A DNA stretch of 64,000 nucleotides from Alistipes sp. Its GTDB lineage: Bacteria > Bacteroidota > Bacteroidia > Bacteroidales > Rikenellaceae. The first letter of the stretch is position 1; the number at the start of each line of letters is the position of its first letter. Location: NCBI GenBank assembly GCA_017381935.1, contig JAFOBG010000049.1, forward strand, positions 21,453-85,452, written 5' to 3'. Both the position numbers and the translations under genes were made by a program. The notes beneath the pieces were generated by a model, which was given only the letters and a program-made list of their open reading frames with translations, was not told the origin of the DNA and searched no databases. This document shows, piece after piece, positions 26,158 through 37,170 of the stretch.

Positions 26158-26844
26158 TTAAATATCATCTACATTAAACTCATAATGCAGTCGCTTACCT
26201 GTTACAAAGGTAGAGCTATCGAACTTCGTATTAAACTGATCGACCGTAACCCTCTTGCACTGCTCATAAGGAGGAGTAAGCAAATCAAAGTTGATTGCAT
26301 AGTGTATTGCACTCTCAAAGATTGTAATCAGGGCCTCTCGTGAAATCTCGGCCTTACCGAAGTTCATGGCTCTCATTGAGGTTTGGCGCTTTCCCTCAAC
26401 AAAGAACATTCTCTCGCGATTGATAAATATACGGCCTATCAGATAGCCCTCATCTGCCATACGCTTATCTTTAAACGAATCTGACAAAAAGTCGTATATC
26501 TCTATAATACCACAATAGCTATTTGTTTTATCAGCTTGAACATACGGATTTTGCCAGATAATATGGTTTGAATCAAACTGGAAAATATCTGTATGCATCT
26601 TAAAGATAAGGGTATCAGAGGCGATCTGCAGCTGAGCCTCATGCTTTCCTCGGTCTCTATACTCAAGTCTTACTCTGCGGTCCACCTTCCCCTCAAGGGC
26701 ATCCTCCATCTCCGACGCCATCTCAAAAAGTGTATCTTTAAGTAGATTAAAGACTGCAAAGGTATTGTCAAAAACTCGCTGTTTGAGCATTGATTTCTCA
26801 ATGATAGTACCCAAAATTTTCTCTCTAAGTGGTTGTGTTGCCAT
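26158..26844 (-). CDS. Conserved-looking cytoplasmic protein of unknown function
   Basis: This is a long ORF. The track start at 26865 is a TTG, so I prefer the ATG at 26844 (MATQPLREK…), which sits just downstream of a TAccTTTG box. No motif is recognised. Confidence 0.6.
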   Translation of the reverse strand: MATQPLREKILGTIIEKSMLKQRVFDNTFAVFNLLKDTLFEMASEMEDALEGKVDRRVRLEYRDRGKHEAQLQIASDTLIFKMHTDIFQFDSNHIIWQNPYVQADKTNSYCGIIEIYDFLSDSFKDKRMADEGYLIGRIFINRERMFFVEGKRQTSMRAMNFGKAEISREALITIFESAIHYAINFDLLTPPYEQCKRVTVDQFNTKFDSSTFVTGKRLHYEFNVDDI

Positions 26845-26862
26845 ATCTTCTAATTTTAGAAA

Positions 26863-26870
26863 CAAAGGTA
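26863..26870 (-). promoter_or_regulatory. Bacteroides-type -7 promoter box (TAccTTTG on the - strand)
   Basis: The + strand reads caaaggta, 19 nt upstream of the ATG at 26844. I found no clean -33 TTTG. Confidence 0.35.
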
Positions 26871-26897
26871 ATCAATATTGTAAAAAATTGCAACCCG

Positions 26898-27884
26898 CTA
26901 TCGCAATTTTATGGTCTGTCCGTGTTCAAATTCTTTGCCTCGCTTAAGCCTATTAAGGCGTGCCAAAGAGCGCTTACGAATTCCATAGGATTGACTAAGC
27001 GAGTAGAGTGTCTCTCCTTTACGCACTACATGGAGCATAACATTACCCTGCCAACAATCTTTTTTGCGCTCGATATAGACTATATCATCTTTTTTTAACT
27101 CTGTTGTTTTATCAACATCGTTAAACTCTCTTAAAGTTCGCTCGGAGATATAAAAAGCCTTTCCTAAAGAGGCATAGCTATCTCCCTCTTTTGCAAGCAC
27201 ATAACATGTTTGATTAGTTCGATAGACATTATACCCCTTATGGGAGTTAATAGTAACTCTAAAGATATCATAGTCAACCATCTCCTCCCTTTGTGCTGTA
27301 CTATGGTCGGCAAACCACTCTGCATTTTGCTTAGCGGTTTTACCTGATGAGTAGATAGCATCCCCGCCCTCTTGGTCAAGAAGATAGAGACGATAGTTCT
27401 CAATTATCTTTATCAGTCGCTGAGCATAGTCTGGAGCCGTTGCATAACCTGCAGCCTTAAGACCTCTTGCCCAACTACGATAGTCATTTGACGGATAGGC
27501 AAACAGTGAGTCATATCGTGGCGAAGAGTCTAAGAACTCTGCATGGTCAAGATATGAGGCCTCAACAGTCGGATAGGCTCTAAAGCACTCCCCCTTTGCA
27601 TCGTCATCATGATAAACCCTATCTCCTTTCCAATTCTTCTTACACTTAATACCAAAGTGGTTATTTGAAGAGTTTGAAAGCACACTATTTCCGGCATCTG
27701 ACTCCAGAATACCTTGTGCCATTGTAATACTCGCCGGAATACCATAGCGCTCCATATGCGCTACGGCAATAGACTTATATTTCTCAATATATTCCTCACG
27801 AGTTTGACGACTCTGTGCCACTATACTCTCGGCTGAGAGGAGTAGCAGACAACCTGCTATAAGTCGCATTACTATCTTTTTCAT
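26898..27884 (-). CDS. Peptidoglycan hydrolase: glucosaminidase (FlgJ-like) domain plus LysM repeats
   Basis: The motifs are GIPASITMAQGILESDAGNSVLS…NNHFGIKC and C-terminal LysM-like segments (HVVRKGETLYSLSQSYGIRKRSLARLNRL). The start is trimmed to the ATG at 27884 (MKKIVMRLIAGCLLLL). Confidence 0.8.
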   Translation of the reverse strand: MKKIVMRLIAGCLLLLSAESIVAQSRQTREEYIEKYKSIAVAHMERYGIPASITMAQGILESDAGNSVLSNSSNNHFGIKCKKNWKGDRVYHDDDAKGECFRAYPTVEASYLDHAEFLDSSPRYDSLFAYPSNDYRSWARGLKAAGYATAPDYAQRLIKIIENYRLYLLDQEGGDAIYSSGKTAKQNAEWFADHSTAQREEMVDYDIFRVTINSHKGYNVYRTNQTCYVLAKEGDSYASLGKAFYISERTLREFNDVDKTTELKKDDIVYIERKKDCWQGNVMLHVVRKGETLYSLSQSYGIRKRSLARLNRLKRGKEFEHGQTIKLR

Positions 27885-27894
27885 AATTTTCGTT

Positions 27895-28512
27895 CTAAAA
27901 AGAGTGAAAATAGAATTTAACCTTATCCCACCTCTTAGCTGCGATATCTGACGGTGTAGCCATAAAGCAGAGCATGCCGCAATCATATAGTCTCAACTTC
28001 CATCTATCACTCTCATCTATCTGCAGTAGTGCAATAGAGTCCGGATAGCACTCTGCAATCTCATCATAAAATGGTCTGCATAACATTCTGTATCCGTCAT
28101 TATCAGCTTGAGCATCAAAAAACTCTATCTTTTCAGCAGGAAGATAGGCGGGAGTATTATCATCCTCCCATAATATTTCGTAAGGTGAAAGATTTTGACT
28201 GTCTGGACTATACAACACTCTAAAGGCATCCTCCGGCCACTCGCCTATCCCATTATGTTCACTCTCTATTTCAAAGCCATCAAGATACTCTCCAATAGCA
28301 GCAAAAAAGTATAACATCCCCGTTTTAGGCAATAGAGAATTTCTATCATAAGAGAAGATATCTTCACATCGAATTTGGCAGACAAAGGTAAGCGGAGCTC
28401 CATCTTGACACGGATAACTACAACCCTCAGGCAGATCAGGTGCTCCCCACCATTTACTCTTAGCGGTAAGATTCTCTGTTGTCTCTATAAATCTCAGTCC
28501 AATAGGTGGCAT
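27895..28512 (-). CDS. DUF1963 / YwqG-like family protein
   Basis: The pattern is SKWWGAPDLPEG…PLTFVCQIRCEDI…LPKTGMLYFF. The start is trimmed to the ATG at 28512. Confidence 0.65.
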   Translation of the reverse strand: MPPIGLRFIETTENLTAKSKWWGAPDLPEGCSYPCQDGAPLTFVCQIRCEDIFSYDRNSLLPKTGMLYFFAAIGEYLDGFEIESEHNGIGEWPEDAFRVLYSPDSQNLSPYEILWEDDNTPAYLPAEKIEFFDAQADNDGYRMLCRPFYDEIAECYPDSIALLQIDESDRWKLRLYDCGMLCFMATPSDIAAKRWDKVKFYFHSF

Positions 28513-28572
28513 ATTATAAATTTTGTAATATTTTGTACAAATATACAAATTTTATCCAGAACTTCGAAGCAC

Positions 28573-30288
28573 CTATCTGTAAAACTCTCCTCTCCACACC
28601 TTTATATTGCCCATTGCATCCTTTAATTTAAGGCGAACAGTATGATGCGTTCCTTTACCTGCCGCCAAAGGAGTATCGAAGGGGTGATATAGAGTTGCTT
28701 GGAGTGGCGAGTAATTAAGAGTCTTCCACTCCCCGTCAATATAGAGTTCATAGTTCGAAATGCCCGAAAAGTTGTCGCTTACCTTAAAGACAAGACGTTT
28801 CGTTTTGCTAAGATTATCTCCGCAATTCCATTTTGGCACAACTGCCGGAGCTACAGTATCGGCCACAACAACCATTTGTCCACCGCTTCGACTCCTTACA
28901 TACACCTTACCACCTGCGTAATAACCTCCTAAACAGTTATAATACCCTTTACGATTTCTAAGCGCAACACAGCACTTTGTCTGAAGTTCAAGTGGCACTT
29001 GAGCATCTATTACAACAGTCATTGCGCCCTTCATCGGCAGACTATTATCCAACACATCTGCTCTATTTGACAACACAACGACACCTGGGATATCGGGGCG
29101 AGTTTCTGTGGCCTCAACCCTGCAAAACGTTGGAGCATAGAGAGCATCTTTACCAATAAATGACCTTGCCCAACGATCCTCTACAACCACTCTCTTTCCT
29201 GCGCCTGCTACCACTGCAACACAATCTCTAACCGGCGTAAATAGCTGGTTATCAGGTTTACCCACAACCGATAACATTAATTTTGAGATATTCCCACAGT
29301 CATCCTCTACCTCAACTACAACATTCTTACGTTCCGCCTCTACAGCCATTATAGCGCCACGTGCAACAACCTTATTATAGAGCGACAAAGGAGCCCCAGC
29401 CACCTGAGCGAGGCGAATGACCTCACACTTTGCACCTCTCTGCATATCATAGTGGCTCACAAGATTACAAAGCCTTGTATCGTCAAAGGCAAAGCCATCC
29501 ATCTGATACCTAAAGTTAGTCTGACCATCTATTTTCTGCTCTACCCTATAGACACCAAAACGACTTGATTTATTACCACTTTGATTATCTCGACATTCCA
29601 GCAGAAAATACCCTGAACGACCAACACGAACCGGCTCTGTAACGATATATTTATCTCCCTTTTTAGTCAGAGTATAACTCTTCGGATGTGCCTCTACCGC
29701 CACACCATCAAGAGTATCAACCTCGATATAGTGCAGACGAAGCAAGCGTGGCGAAATATCATCTTTAGGAGAAAAATATCCACGACGGACAACATTATAG
29801 GTATGTGTTGCCTCTCTATTTCTAAGTTCAAAATGGAGATGTGGGCCAAATGAATTTCCTGTATTTCCCGAATAACCTATCACCTCCCCCCTTTTTACGG
29901 GATACTTATCTGCCTGAAATGTAATGTCAACAGAGTTGACTTTATGGCTATATCGGTAGCTATGAACGAACTTTTCAAGTTCATTTGTAAATCGAGACAA
30001 ATGACCATATACAGTAACACTACCCCTCTTAGGATGTGTAACATAGAGCGCCAATCCATAACCATAAGGAGAGTGTATAACTCTTGAGATATATCCATCC
30101 TCAACTGCGACAACCTCTTTCCCTTGGCGCCCGTCAGTCTTAATATCTATACCCGAATGGAAGTGATTTGGTCGCATCTCGGCAAAAGATGCAGAGTGCA
30201 AACCCTTAACCCCGTTAATCGGATATTGGTAGGCAAAAGCGACAGCCGATAGAGCTGCAAAGAGTATTAGAAGTCGAATATTTCGCAT
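28573..30288 (-). CDS. M23-family metallopeptidase (LytM-like) with a large C-terminal extension
   Basis: A signal peptide is present. The motifs are HFHSGIDIK and GNTGNSFGPHLHFELR. Confidence 0.85.
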   Translation of the reverse strand: MRNIRLLILFAALSAVAFAYQYPINGVKGLHSASFAEMRPNHFHSGIDIKTDGRQGKEVVAVEDGYISRVIHSPYGYGLALYVTHPKRGSVTVYGHLSRFTNELEKFVHSYRYSHKVNSVDITFQADKYPVKRGEVIGYSGNTGNSFGPHLHFELRNREATHTYNVVRRGYFSPKDDISPRLLRLHYIEVDTLDGVAVEAHPKSYTLTKKGDKYIVTEPVRVGRSGYFLLECRDNQSGNKSSRFGVYRVEQKIDGQTNFRYQMDGFAFDDTRLCNLVSHYDMQRGAKCEVIRLAQVAGAPLSLYNKVVARGAIMAVEAERKNVVVEVEDDCGNISKLMLSVVGKPDNQLFTPVRDCVAVVAGAGKRVVVEDRWARSFIGKDALYAPTFCRVEATETRPDIPGVVVLSNRADVLDNSLPMKGAMTVVIDAQVPLELQTKCCVALRNRKGYYNCLGGYYAGGKVYVRSRSGGQMVVVADTVAPAVVPKWNCGDNLSKTKRLVFKVSDNFSGISNYELYIDGEWKTLNYSPLQATLYHPFDTPLAAGKGTHHTVRLKLKDAMGNIKVWRGEFYR

Positions 30289-30779
30289 TGTTCATCACTT
30301 TTTATAAGCCTCTCTACTACATTGCGTGCCGTCGTAAAATCATATCCTTGACCGGCTGCATATCGAAGTAGTTTTGCTCGCATATCAGCACTATTTTTTG
30401 CCTTTGTTGTTCTTATTTTACGCTGCAATAGCTCTGTTAGTCGCTCAGACATATCAACCCCTCCACACTCAGCTAAAGCTGTTGAGATTGTCGTGCTATC
30501 AATCCCTTTTCGACGCAGTGCGGCTGTAATCTTATACACGCCCCACCCACTCAAATTTATCTTTTCTCTAACAAAGGCTGCAGCATAGCGACTATCATCT
30601 ATAAAACACTCACTAACAAGTCGTTGCAGCACCATTTGGGCATCTACATCTGCAACACCCCAACCTTTCATAAGCCTTAGAGCATCTGCTGAGCACTTCT
30701 CACTACGAGCACACAGATTCATAAGAGAACGAAGGGCTTGTTCCCAGGTTTTCGTACCTCTTTCTACCTTTTGCACCAT
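30267..30779 (-). CDS. recX: RecX-like regulatory protein
   Basis: The size is about 170 aa and helical repeats are present (…RYAAAFVREKINLSGWGVYKITAALRRKGI…). The gene overlaps its neighbours at both ends, which suggests an operon. Confidence 0.75.
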   Translation of the reverse strand: MVQKVERGTKTWEQALRSLMNLCARSEKCSADALRLMKGWGVADVDAQMVLQRLVSECFIDDSRYAAAFVREKINLSGWGVYKITAALRRKGIDSTTISTALAECGGVDMSERLTELLQRKIRTTKAKNSADMRAKLLRYAAGQGYDFTTARNVVERLIKSDEQCEIFDF

Positions 30780-31594
30780 ACCATACGCTCCTTTCCGAAC
30801 ATATCTTTTACCACCTCTATATCTCTAAATCCCATCTGAGAGAGCATCTGTGCTATATCATGGCCAAAGAGTTCATATATTTCAAAATATAGAGTTCCTC
30901 CTTTTTTCAGCATCTGTAGCGCATTTTGTGCAATCGAGCGATAGAAACACAATGCGTCATCATCAGCCACAAAGAGTGCTGTATGTGGTTCATAGCCAAC
31001 CACATTAACATGCATACTCTCTCTGTCCGAGTTAGGAATATACGGAGGATTGGAGACAATTATATCAAACAGTCCAAGGGAGCTCATATCTCCTAAAGCA
31101 TCAACCTTAACAAACTCTACTTCAACCCCATTTCGGGTAGCATTACGAGCCGCAACCTCAAGTGCTATATCCGATATATCAACAGCCACAACTCGGCTAT
31201 CTTTCAGCGTTTTTGCTAACGAAACAGCTATAGCACCACTACCCGTTCCCACATCAAGGATTCGCTTATTACCAAGACTGTTTTCGGCTACAATCTTTAC
31301 TAATTCTGCCGTCTCAGGACGAGGTATAAGCACCCCTTGACAGACCTCAAAGTCAAGATCACAGAACTCGGCAACTCCCGTAACATACTGTACAGGGCAT
31401 CCTGCCATAAGTTTCTCTACAATCTGCTGCAAATCAGCAATTTCATACTGAGAGTCATAATTTACAACAAGCTGCGAGAAGTTATAACCGCTTATTCGTT
31501 GCACAACCTCTCTGGCAATAGACGTAGCCTCCACAGGCTCATAGATAGCCTGTAAAGCCTGTTCAATACTCTTTATTGTCTCACGAATTGTCAT
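30764..31594 (-). CDS. prmC: Release-factor glutamine N5-methyltransferase
   Basis: The SAM-binding motif is ILDVGTGSGAIAV and the catalytic motif is IVSNPPYIP. Confidence 0.85.
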   Translation of the reverse strand: MTIRETIKSIEQALQAIYEPVEATSIAREVVQRISGYNFSQLVVNYDSQYEIADLQQIVEKLMAGCPVQYVTGVAEFCDLDFEVCQGVLIPRPETAELVKIVAENSLGNKRILDVGTGSGAIAVSLAKTLKDSRVVAVDISDIALEVAARNATRNGVEVEFVKVDALGDMSSLGLFDIIVSNPPYIPNSDRESMHVNVVGYEPHTALFVADDDALCFYRSIAQNALQMLKKGGTLYFEIYELFGHDIAQMLSQMGFRDIEVVKDMFGKERMVWCKR

Positions 31595-32571
31595 AACGAT
31601 AGTTTAAGTTCTGCTAAGGCTATTGCCATTACAGCCTCCACAACGACAGAGGCTCTAAGAACTATGCAAGCATCATGTCGGCCACCTATAGAGAGACCCT
31701 CTACACTTTGAGAGATAAAGTTATATGTATCTTGCCTTTGACCGATGCTCGGCGTTGGTTTTATAGCCACACGAACAACTATCGGATTACCATTTGATAT
31801 ACCGCCATTGATACCTCCCTCATTATTAGTCAGTGTGGTACCATTGCTATCAATTATACAATCATTACGCTCGCTACCACGTAGGCGCACCCCCTCAAAA
31901 CCACTACCAAACTCTACTCCCTTAACTGCAGGTACTGAGAAGAGTAGATGAGCTGCAACGCTCTCGACAGAGTCAAAGAATGGTTCTCCTAAATCTCGTC
32001 CCGCACCTATTACTCTGCACTCTACAACACCTCCTACAGAGTCGCCATCTCTCTGAGCGGCTGCAACAACAGACTCAAACTGTGAATTATCTCTACAACC
32101 GCCTATCTCGACAATAGTACTCTCAAAACGAGCCTCAAAGAGCACCTTTTTTGCCACCACACCTGCCGCTACAAGCAGGAGTGTCATGCGACCTGAAAAG
32201 ATACCGCCACCTCTAAGGTCAAACTCTTCACCATATTTATGACGAGCCGTAAGGTCAGCATGCGAAGGGCGAGGATGATTTCGAAGACGATCATAGTCCC
32301 TAGAATGAGTATTTTCGTTATAAAAAACAATCTCTAACTTTTCGCCCGTAGTAACACCCTTATCAACTCCGGATACAATATGTGGCACATCTCCTTCACG
32401 GCGTGGAGTTGTCCCTTTTGCACCTGCACGACGACGAGCAATGTCTGCCTCAAAGTCGCTCTCGGTAAGAGCTATACCTGCTGGCACACCATAAAGAATA
32501 ACACCTAACAACTCGGTATGCGAGCCGCCATATATCTCAATTTTGAATCTATTTCCAAAACTATTGTGCAT
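31591..32571 (-). CDS. aroC: Chorismate synthase
   Basis: The motifs are FGNRFKIEIYGGSHT…, RRRAG…TPRRE, RPSHADLT…KYG…RGGG and GGISNG. There is an ATGA overlap with prmC. Confidence 0.85.
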   Translation of the reverse strand: MHNSFGNRFKIEIYGGSHTELLGVILYGVPAGIALTESDFEADIARRRAGAKGTTPRREGDVPHIVSGVDKGVTTGEKLEIVFYNENTHSRDYDRLRNHPRPSHADLTARHKYGEEFDLRGGGIFSGRMTLLLVAAGVVAKKVLFEARFESTIVEIGGCRDNSQFESVVAAAQRDGDSVGGVVECRVIGAGRDLGEPFFDSVESVAAHLLFSVPAVKGVEFGSGFEGVRLRGSERNDCIIDSNGTTLTNNEGGINGGISNGNPIVVRVAIKPTPSIGQRQDTYNFISQSVEGLSIGGRHDACIVLRASVVVEAVMAIALAELKLSL

Positions 32572-33835
32572 CTATCAACATCTCAAGGGTTTCAAAAAAA
32601 TTAGGATAGCTCTTTGCTACGCACTCAGCACCTCGAATAGTTACCTCAGACTCTGTAAGCAATGAGGCAACAGCAAGAGTCATTGCCATACGATGGTCGC
32701 CATAACTCTCTACCTCAACATTACCCACAATCTCGCCTCCACGAATCTTCATCACATTATCTGTAGTCAAATCGACCTTAATACCGAGCTTACCAAACTC
32801 ATTTTGGATAGCTTCAGCTCGGTTACTCTCCTTATGCTCAAGACGACGAGTGCCAACGATTACACTCTCGCCCTCTGCAGCTGCAGCAAGAGTGGCAAGA
32901 GCAGGAAAGAGATCTGGACAATTTGTGGCATCAAACTCAAAGGCTTTAAGTGGTCTATGAACCGCTGTAACGCTATTGCTATCAGATGTAAGCTCAGCTC
33001 CGGCACGCACCAATGCGTCGCAAATTGCCACATCAGCCTGCTTTGAGAGGGTTGATAGATTCTTTACCGTAACCTCTCCCGCTACTGCACCTGCAACGAG
33101 CAACATTGCTGCCGCACTCCAATCGCCCTCAACAGCGTAGGTGGTCGGTTGATAACTCTGTCCGCCTGCTATATAAAACTGCTCATAGTCATTGTGCTCT
33201 ATCGCCACCCCAAAATGCTCAGCCGTATCAATAGTCATATCAAGGTAAGGCTTAGATACAGCTCCAGCCACATTTATTACAGTATCTTCCAATGCTAACG
33301 GTAAAGATAGTAATAGACCCGTTACAAATTGTGATGAGACAGAGCCGTCCACATTAATCTCGCCACCCTTCATAGGGCCACAGACCTCTATTGGTAACCT
33401 TCCACCGCCATCTCTCACATCAACACCTAATGCTCGCAGAGGATTAATCATCATATCCATAGGGCGATAGAGAAGAGTTCCCTCTCCCTCTATAGTGATT
33501 GGTGTAGAACATAGTGCCGCTATAGGCGTAAAGAGGCGAGCTGAGAGACCTGACTCCCCAACAAACAATCTATCAGAGATTGGTTTAAGACCGCCTTTGA
33601 CTACAATAGTATGCTCATCTTCTCGAGATACCGTTGCTCCTAAAGACTCTATACAACGAATAGCAGAGAGAGTATCGTTACAAAAATCCATATTCTGCAA
33701 CACACTCTCTCCCTCTGACAATAGAGCGACAGCTAACGCTCTTTGCGCATAACTTTTAGAACACGGCGGCGTTACAACGCCATTAAGCCGCCCTTTGGGA
33801 ACAGATTTATCCATTATAATTTGGCTATTTGCCAT
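32561..33835 (-). CDS. aroA: 3-phosphoshikimate 1-carboxyvinyltransferase (EPSP synthase)
   Basis: The motifs are PPCSKSYAQRAL and LEHKESNR…DHRMAMT. Confidence 0.9.
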   Translation of the reverse strand: MANSQIIMDKSVPKGRLNGVVTPPCSKSYAQRALAVALLSEGESVLQNMDFCNDTLSAIRCIESLGATVSREDEHTIVVKGGLKPISDRLFVGESGLSARLFTPIAALCSTPITIEGEGTLLYRPMDMMINPLRALGVDVRDGGGRLPIEVCGPMKGGEINVDGSVSSQFVTGLLLSLPLALEDTVINVAGAVSKPYLDMTIDTAEHFGVAIEHNDYEQFYIAGGQSYQPTTYAVEGDWSAAAMLLVAGAVAGEVTVKNLSTLSKQADVAICDALVRAGAELTSDSNSVTAVHRPLKAFEFDATNCPDLFPALATLAAAAEGESVIVGTRRLEHKESNRAEAIQNEFGKLGIKVDLTTDNVMKIRGGEIVGNVEVESYGDHRMAMTLAVASLLTESEVTIRGAECVAKSYPNFFETLEMLIDAQ

Positions 33836-33908
33836 TGGCCTTTAGCCGTTAGCTTTTTCTACTTATTCCACAATTTCAGACTACTGTCAAAAGCACTTAT
33901 GTCGAAGA

Positions 33909-34673
33909 TTACTCCTCGGCAACAAACTTATGGTTACGCTTAAGCTCGAAGTTTTTACCCAAATATACACGACGAACCATTTCATCGGCTGCAAGTTCTT
34001 CTGCAGTTCCGGTCTTGAGAATTTTACCCTCATAGAGCAGATAGGTACGATCGGTAATAGCAAGAGTCTCATCAACATTGTGGTCTGTGATAATAACACC
34101 TATATTTTTCTGCTTAAGAGTTGCCACAATACTCTGAATATCCTCTACCGCAATAGGGTCAACGCCGGCAAATGGCTCATCAAGGAGGATAAATGATGGA
34201 TTGATAGCAATAGCTCGTGCAATCTCTGTACGACGGCGCTCACCTCCTGAGAGCTGATTACCGTAACTTTTGCGTACTTTTTGCAATCTGAACTCATCGA
34301 TAAGAGATTCCAAACGGTCCCTCTGATACTCTTTGGTATAGTTTGTCATCTCAAGCACCGCACGGATATTATCCTCCACGCTCAGACGACGGAAAACAGA
34401 GGCCTCCTGAGCCAAATAGCTCACACCAAGCTGTGCTCGCTGATAGACCGGCAACTTAGTAAGTTCATTAACCGTTCCATCATCATGCTCAAGGAATATT
34501 CTACCACCATTAGGTTTGATAAGGCCTACAATCATATAGAAAGAGGTTGTCTTTCCGGCTCCATTAGGGCCTAGCAAACCTACAATCTCGCCTTGTCGTA
34601 CATCTATAGATACGTGGTCAACAACTGTTCGCGACTTATATTTCTTTATCAAATCGGTTGTGTACAATCTCAT
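33909..34673 (-). CDS. lptB: LPS export ABC transporter ATP-binding protein
   Basis: The motifs are [20 protein letters not shown] and [12 protein letters not shown]. The track start (34775) is a GTG. I trimmed to the in-frame [12 protein letters not shown], whose coordinate comes from the track frame; my own base count placed it 1 nt higher. Confidence 0.9.
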   Translation of the reverse strand: MRLYTTDLIKKYKSRTVVDHVSIDVRQGEIVGLLGPNGAGKTTSFYMIVGLIKPNGGRIFLEHDDGTVNELTKLPVYQRAQLGVSYLAQEASVFRRLSVEDNIRAVLEMTNYTKEYQRDRLESLIDEFRLQKVRKSYGNQLSGGERRRTEIARAIAINPSFILLDEPFAGVDPIAVEDIQSIVATLKQKNIGVIITDHNVDETLAITDRTYLLYEGKILKTGTAEELAADEMVRRVYLGKNFELKRNHKFVAEE

Positions 34674-34731
34674 AGCCGAAAAAATTGATGAATTTTTCAC
34701 AAAGTTATAGTTTTTTTCCAAAATTTTCACT

Positions 34732-34739
34732 ATCTTTGA
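34732..34739 (+). promoter_or_regulatory. Bacteroides-type -7 box TAtcTTTG upstream of recQ
   Basis: The read is cacTATCTTTGag, about 54 nt upstream of the recQ ATG. There is no clean -33. The coordinate may be off by 1. Confidence 0.3.
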
Positions 34740-34792
34740 GTAAGAATTTCGATTTTTGAAACGATTTGAAACCACTTAATATTGCATAAACC

Positions 34793-36982
34793 ATGGCGCA
34801 AGAACTGACTGATAGAGAGTTAATACACCAAAAGCTCAAAGAGTACTTTGGATTTACCTCTTTCAAAGGCAACCAAGAGGCGGTTATCCTTAACCTGCTG
34901 GCGGGACATGACACTTTTGTTCTCATGCCTACCGGTGGAGGAAAGTCTCTATGCTATCAACTGCCGGCTCTGATAATGGACGGTGTTGCCATTATTATCT
35001 CGCCGTTGATTGCTCTGATGAAGAATCAGGTAGATGCCATGCGTACATTCTCGGACAATCCTGGTATTGCACACTTTCTCAACTCTTCACTGACTAAAAA
35101 TGCAGTACAGCAGGTCCGTGAGGATGTTCTTGCAGGAAAGACCAAGCTACTATACTTTGCTCCTGAGTCTTTGACTAAGGAGGATAATGTCGCATTCTTA
35201 AGGAAGATAAAAATTTCATTCTATGCCATAGACGAGGCGCACTGTATCTCAGAGTGGGGACATGACTTCCGCCCTGAGTATCGCCGTATTCGTCCTATTA
35301 TTAACGATATTGGGCAGGCTCCGCTAATCACTCTTACAGCCACTGCAACCCCTAAAGTGCAGATGGATATTCAGAAGAACCTCGGCATGACAAATGCCGC
35401 AGTCTTTAAGAGTTCATTTAACCGTCCAAATCTCTACTACGAGCTAAGACCAAAAAATGATCCAGACAGAGATATTATCCGTTTCATCAAGCAGAATGAT
35501 GGCAAAAGTGGTATTATCTACTGTCTGAGTCGTAAAAAGGTCGAGGAGTTAGCCGAACTCCTTGTAGCCAACGGCATAAAGGCTCTTCCTTATCATGCTG
35601 GCATGGATGCACAAACCCGTGCAGACAACCAGGATGCTTTCCTCAAAGAGGGCGCTGATGTAATTGTGGCAACTATTGCATTTGGTATGGGTATTGACAA
35701 GCCGGATGTGCGTTTTGTAATCCACTATGACATTCCTAAGTCGCTTGAGGGTTACTATCAGGAGACCGGACGTGCAGGTCGTGATGGCGGCGAAGGCTTC
35801 TGTCTCACCTTTTATAATTATAAGGATATTCAGAAGCTGGAGAAGTTTATGCAAGGCAAGCCTGTTGCCGAGCAAGAGATTGGTAAGCTATTGCTACTTG
35901 AGACACAATCTTATGCAGAAAGTTCAATGTGTCGTCGTCGAACCCTTCTCCACTATTTTGGCGAAGAGTACACAGAGGATAATTGCGGCAACTGCGACAA
36001 CTGCTGCAACCCACGCCCACGCATAAATGCTACTGAGGAGTTAGTAACTGCTCTTGAAGCGCTGAAGAGTATTGGCGACAAGTTCAAGATTGATCACCTT
36101 GTCTCTCTATTACTTGGTAAGACCACAGCTATTATTAAGAGTTATGGCCATAACCGTAGCGAATATTTCGGTATTGGAGCTGAAAAGAGCAATAATTTCT
36201 GGAGCGCAGTCGTACGTCAGGGCCTTATAATGGGCTTGATAGATAAAAATATCGAGAACTACGGTCTGATTTCAATCACGCCTGCCGGAGAGAAGTTTAT
36301 CGACTCTCCAACAACGGTACGCATTGCCGAGGACCGCGACTTTGACGAGGAGGAGACAAAGAATATAGCTCCTGCACATGGTAGCGCTGCCGATGAGGAG
36401 CTCTATGCTATGCTCAAAGATTTGCGTAAAAAGGTGGCTAAAAAGCACGACCTCCCTCCTTATGTCATCTTCCAAGACCCTTCACTTGCAGATATGGCTA
36501 TCCACTATCCTATAACGATAGAGGAGATGCAGAATATATCAGGTGTTGGAGCCGGCAAAGCAAAGAAGTTCGGAGAGGAGTTTATAGCCCTTATCAAGGC
36601 ATACGTTGAGGAGAAAGAGATTATCCGTCCGCAGGATATGGTAGTAAAATCTGTTGCCAACAAATCTAGCAACAAGATTTTCATCATTCAGTCAATAGAC
36701 CGACAGATGGACTTTGAGGATATTGCTAGAGCCAAAAGCCTGAGCTTCGACGAGCTACTGACAGAGATAGAGACAATTGTTAACTCCGGAACTCGTCTAA
36801 ATATCAACTACTTCCTTAACAACTACATGGACGAGGATAAAATTGATGATATATACCTATACTTCAAAGAGGATGCCGAGTCCGACTCATTAGATGAGGC
36901 ATACGAGGAGCTTGGTAGTGAATACACAGAAGAGGAGATACGACTCGTGAGAATTAAATTCCTCTGCGAGGCCGGCAACTAA
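34793..36982 (+). CDS. recQ: ATP-dependent DNA helicase RecQ
   Basis: The motifs are MPTGGGKSLCYQLPA and AIDEAHCISEWGHDFRPEY. A Zn-binding Cys cluster (CRRR…CGNCDNC) and a C-terminal HRDC-like region are present. Confidence 0.95.
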   Translation: MAQELTDRELIHQKLKEYFGFTSFKGNQEAVILNLLAGHDTFVLMPTGGGKSLCYQLPALIMDGVAIIISPLIALMKNQVDAMRTFSDNPGIAHFLNSSLTKNAVQQVREDVLAGKTKLLYFAPESLTKEDNVAFLRKIKISFYAIDEAHCISEWGHDFRPEYRRIRPIINDIGQAPLITLTATATPKVQMDIQKNLGMTNAAVFKSSFNRPNLYYELRPKNDPDRDIIRFIKQNDGKSGIIYCLSRKKVEELAELLVANGIKALPYHAGMDAQTRADNQDAFLKEGADVIVATIAFGMGIDKPDVRFVIHYDIPKSLEGYYQETGRAGRDGGEGFCLTFYNYKDIQKLEKFMQGKPVAEQEIGKLLLLETQSYAESSMCRRRTLLHYFGEEYTEDNCGNCDNCCNPRPRINATEELVTALEALKSIGDKFKIDHLVSLLLGKTTAIIKSYGHNRSEYFGIGAEKSNNFWSAVVRQGLIMGLIDKNIENYGLISITPAGEKFIDSPTTVRIAEDRDFDEEETKNIAPAHGSAADEELYAMLKDLRKKVAKKHDLPPYVIFQDPSLADMAIHYPITIEEMQNISGVGAGKAKKFGEEFIALIKAYVEEKEIIRPQDMVVKSVANKSSNKIFIIQSIDRQMDFEDIARAKSLSFDELLTEIETIVNSGTRLNINYFLNNYMDEDKIDDIYLYFKEDAESDSLDEAYEELGSEYTEEEIRLVRIKFLCEAGN

Positions 36983-37023
36983 CAATCGTCATCAGATTGT
37001 GAGCTACCACCACTAAAAAAATC

Positions 37024-37074
37024 AATAGCCATCTAAGGTTTAGGTTACTAAAAACCAAGGATAGCTATTTTTTA
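37024..37074 (+). terminator. Compound hairpin plus T-tract downstream of recQ
   Basis: The outer stem aatagccatc / ggatagctatt has one mismatch. An inner stem ggttt/aaacc is present, followed by tttttt. Confidence 0.45.
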
Positions 37075-37170
37075 ATAGTTTTTCACTTCCTAATTAATTG
37101 TGTATATTACGCTATACAGCCAAATACTCCAATATATAGATTTACCTTATAGCGTTATAAAAAATATCAA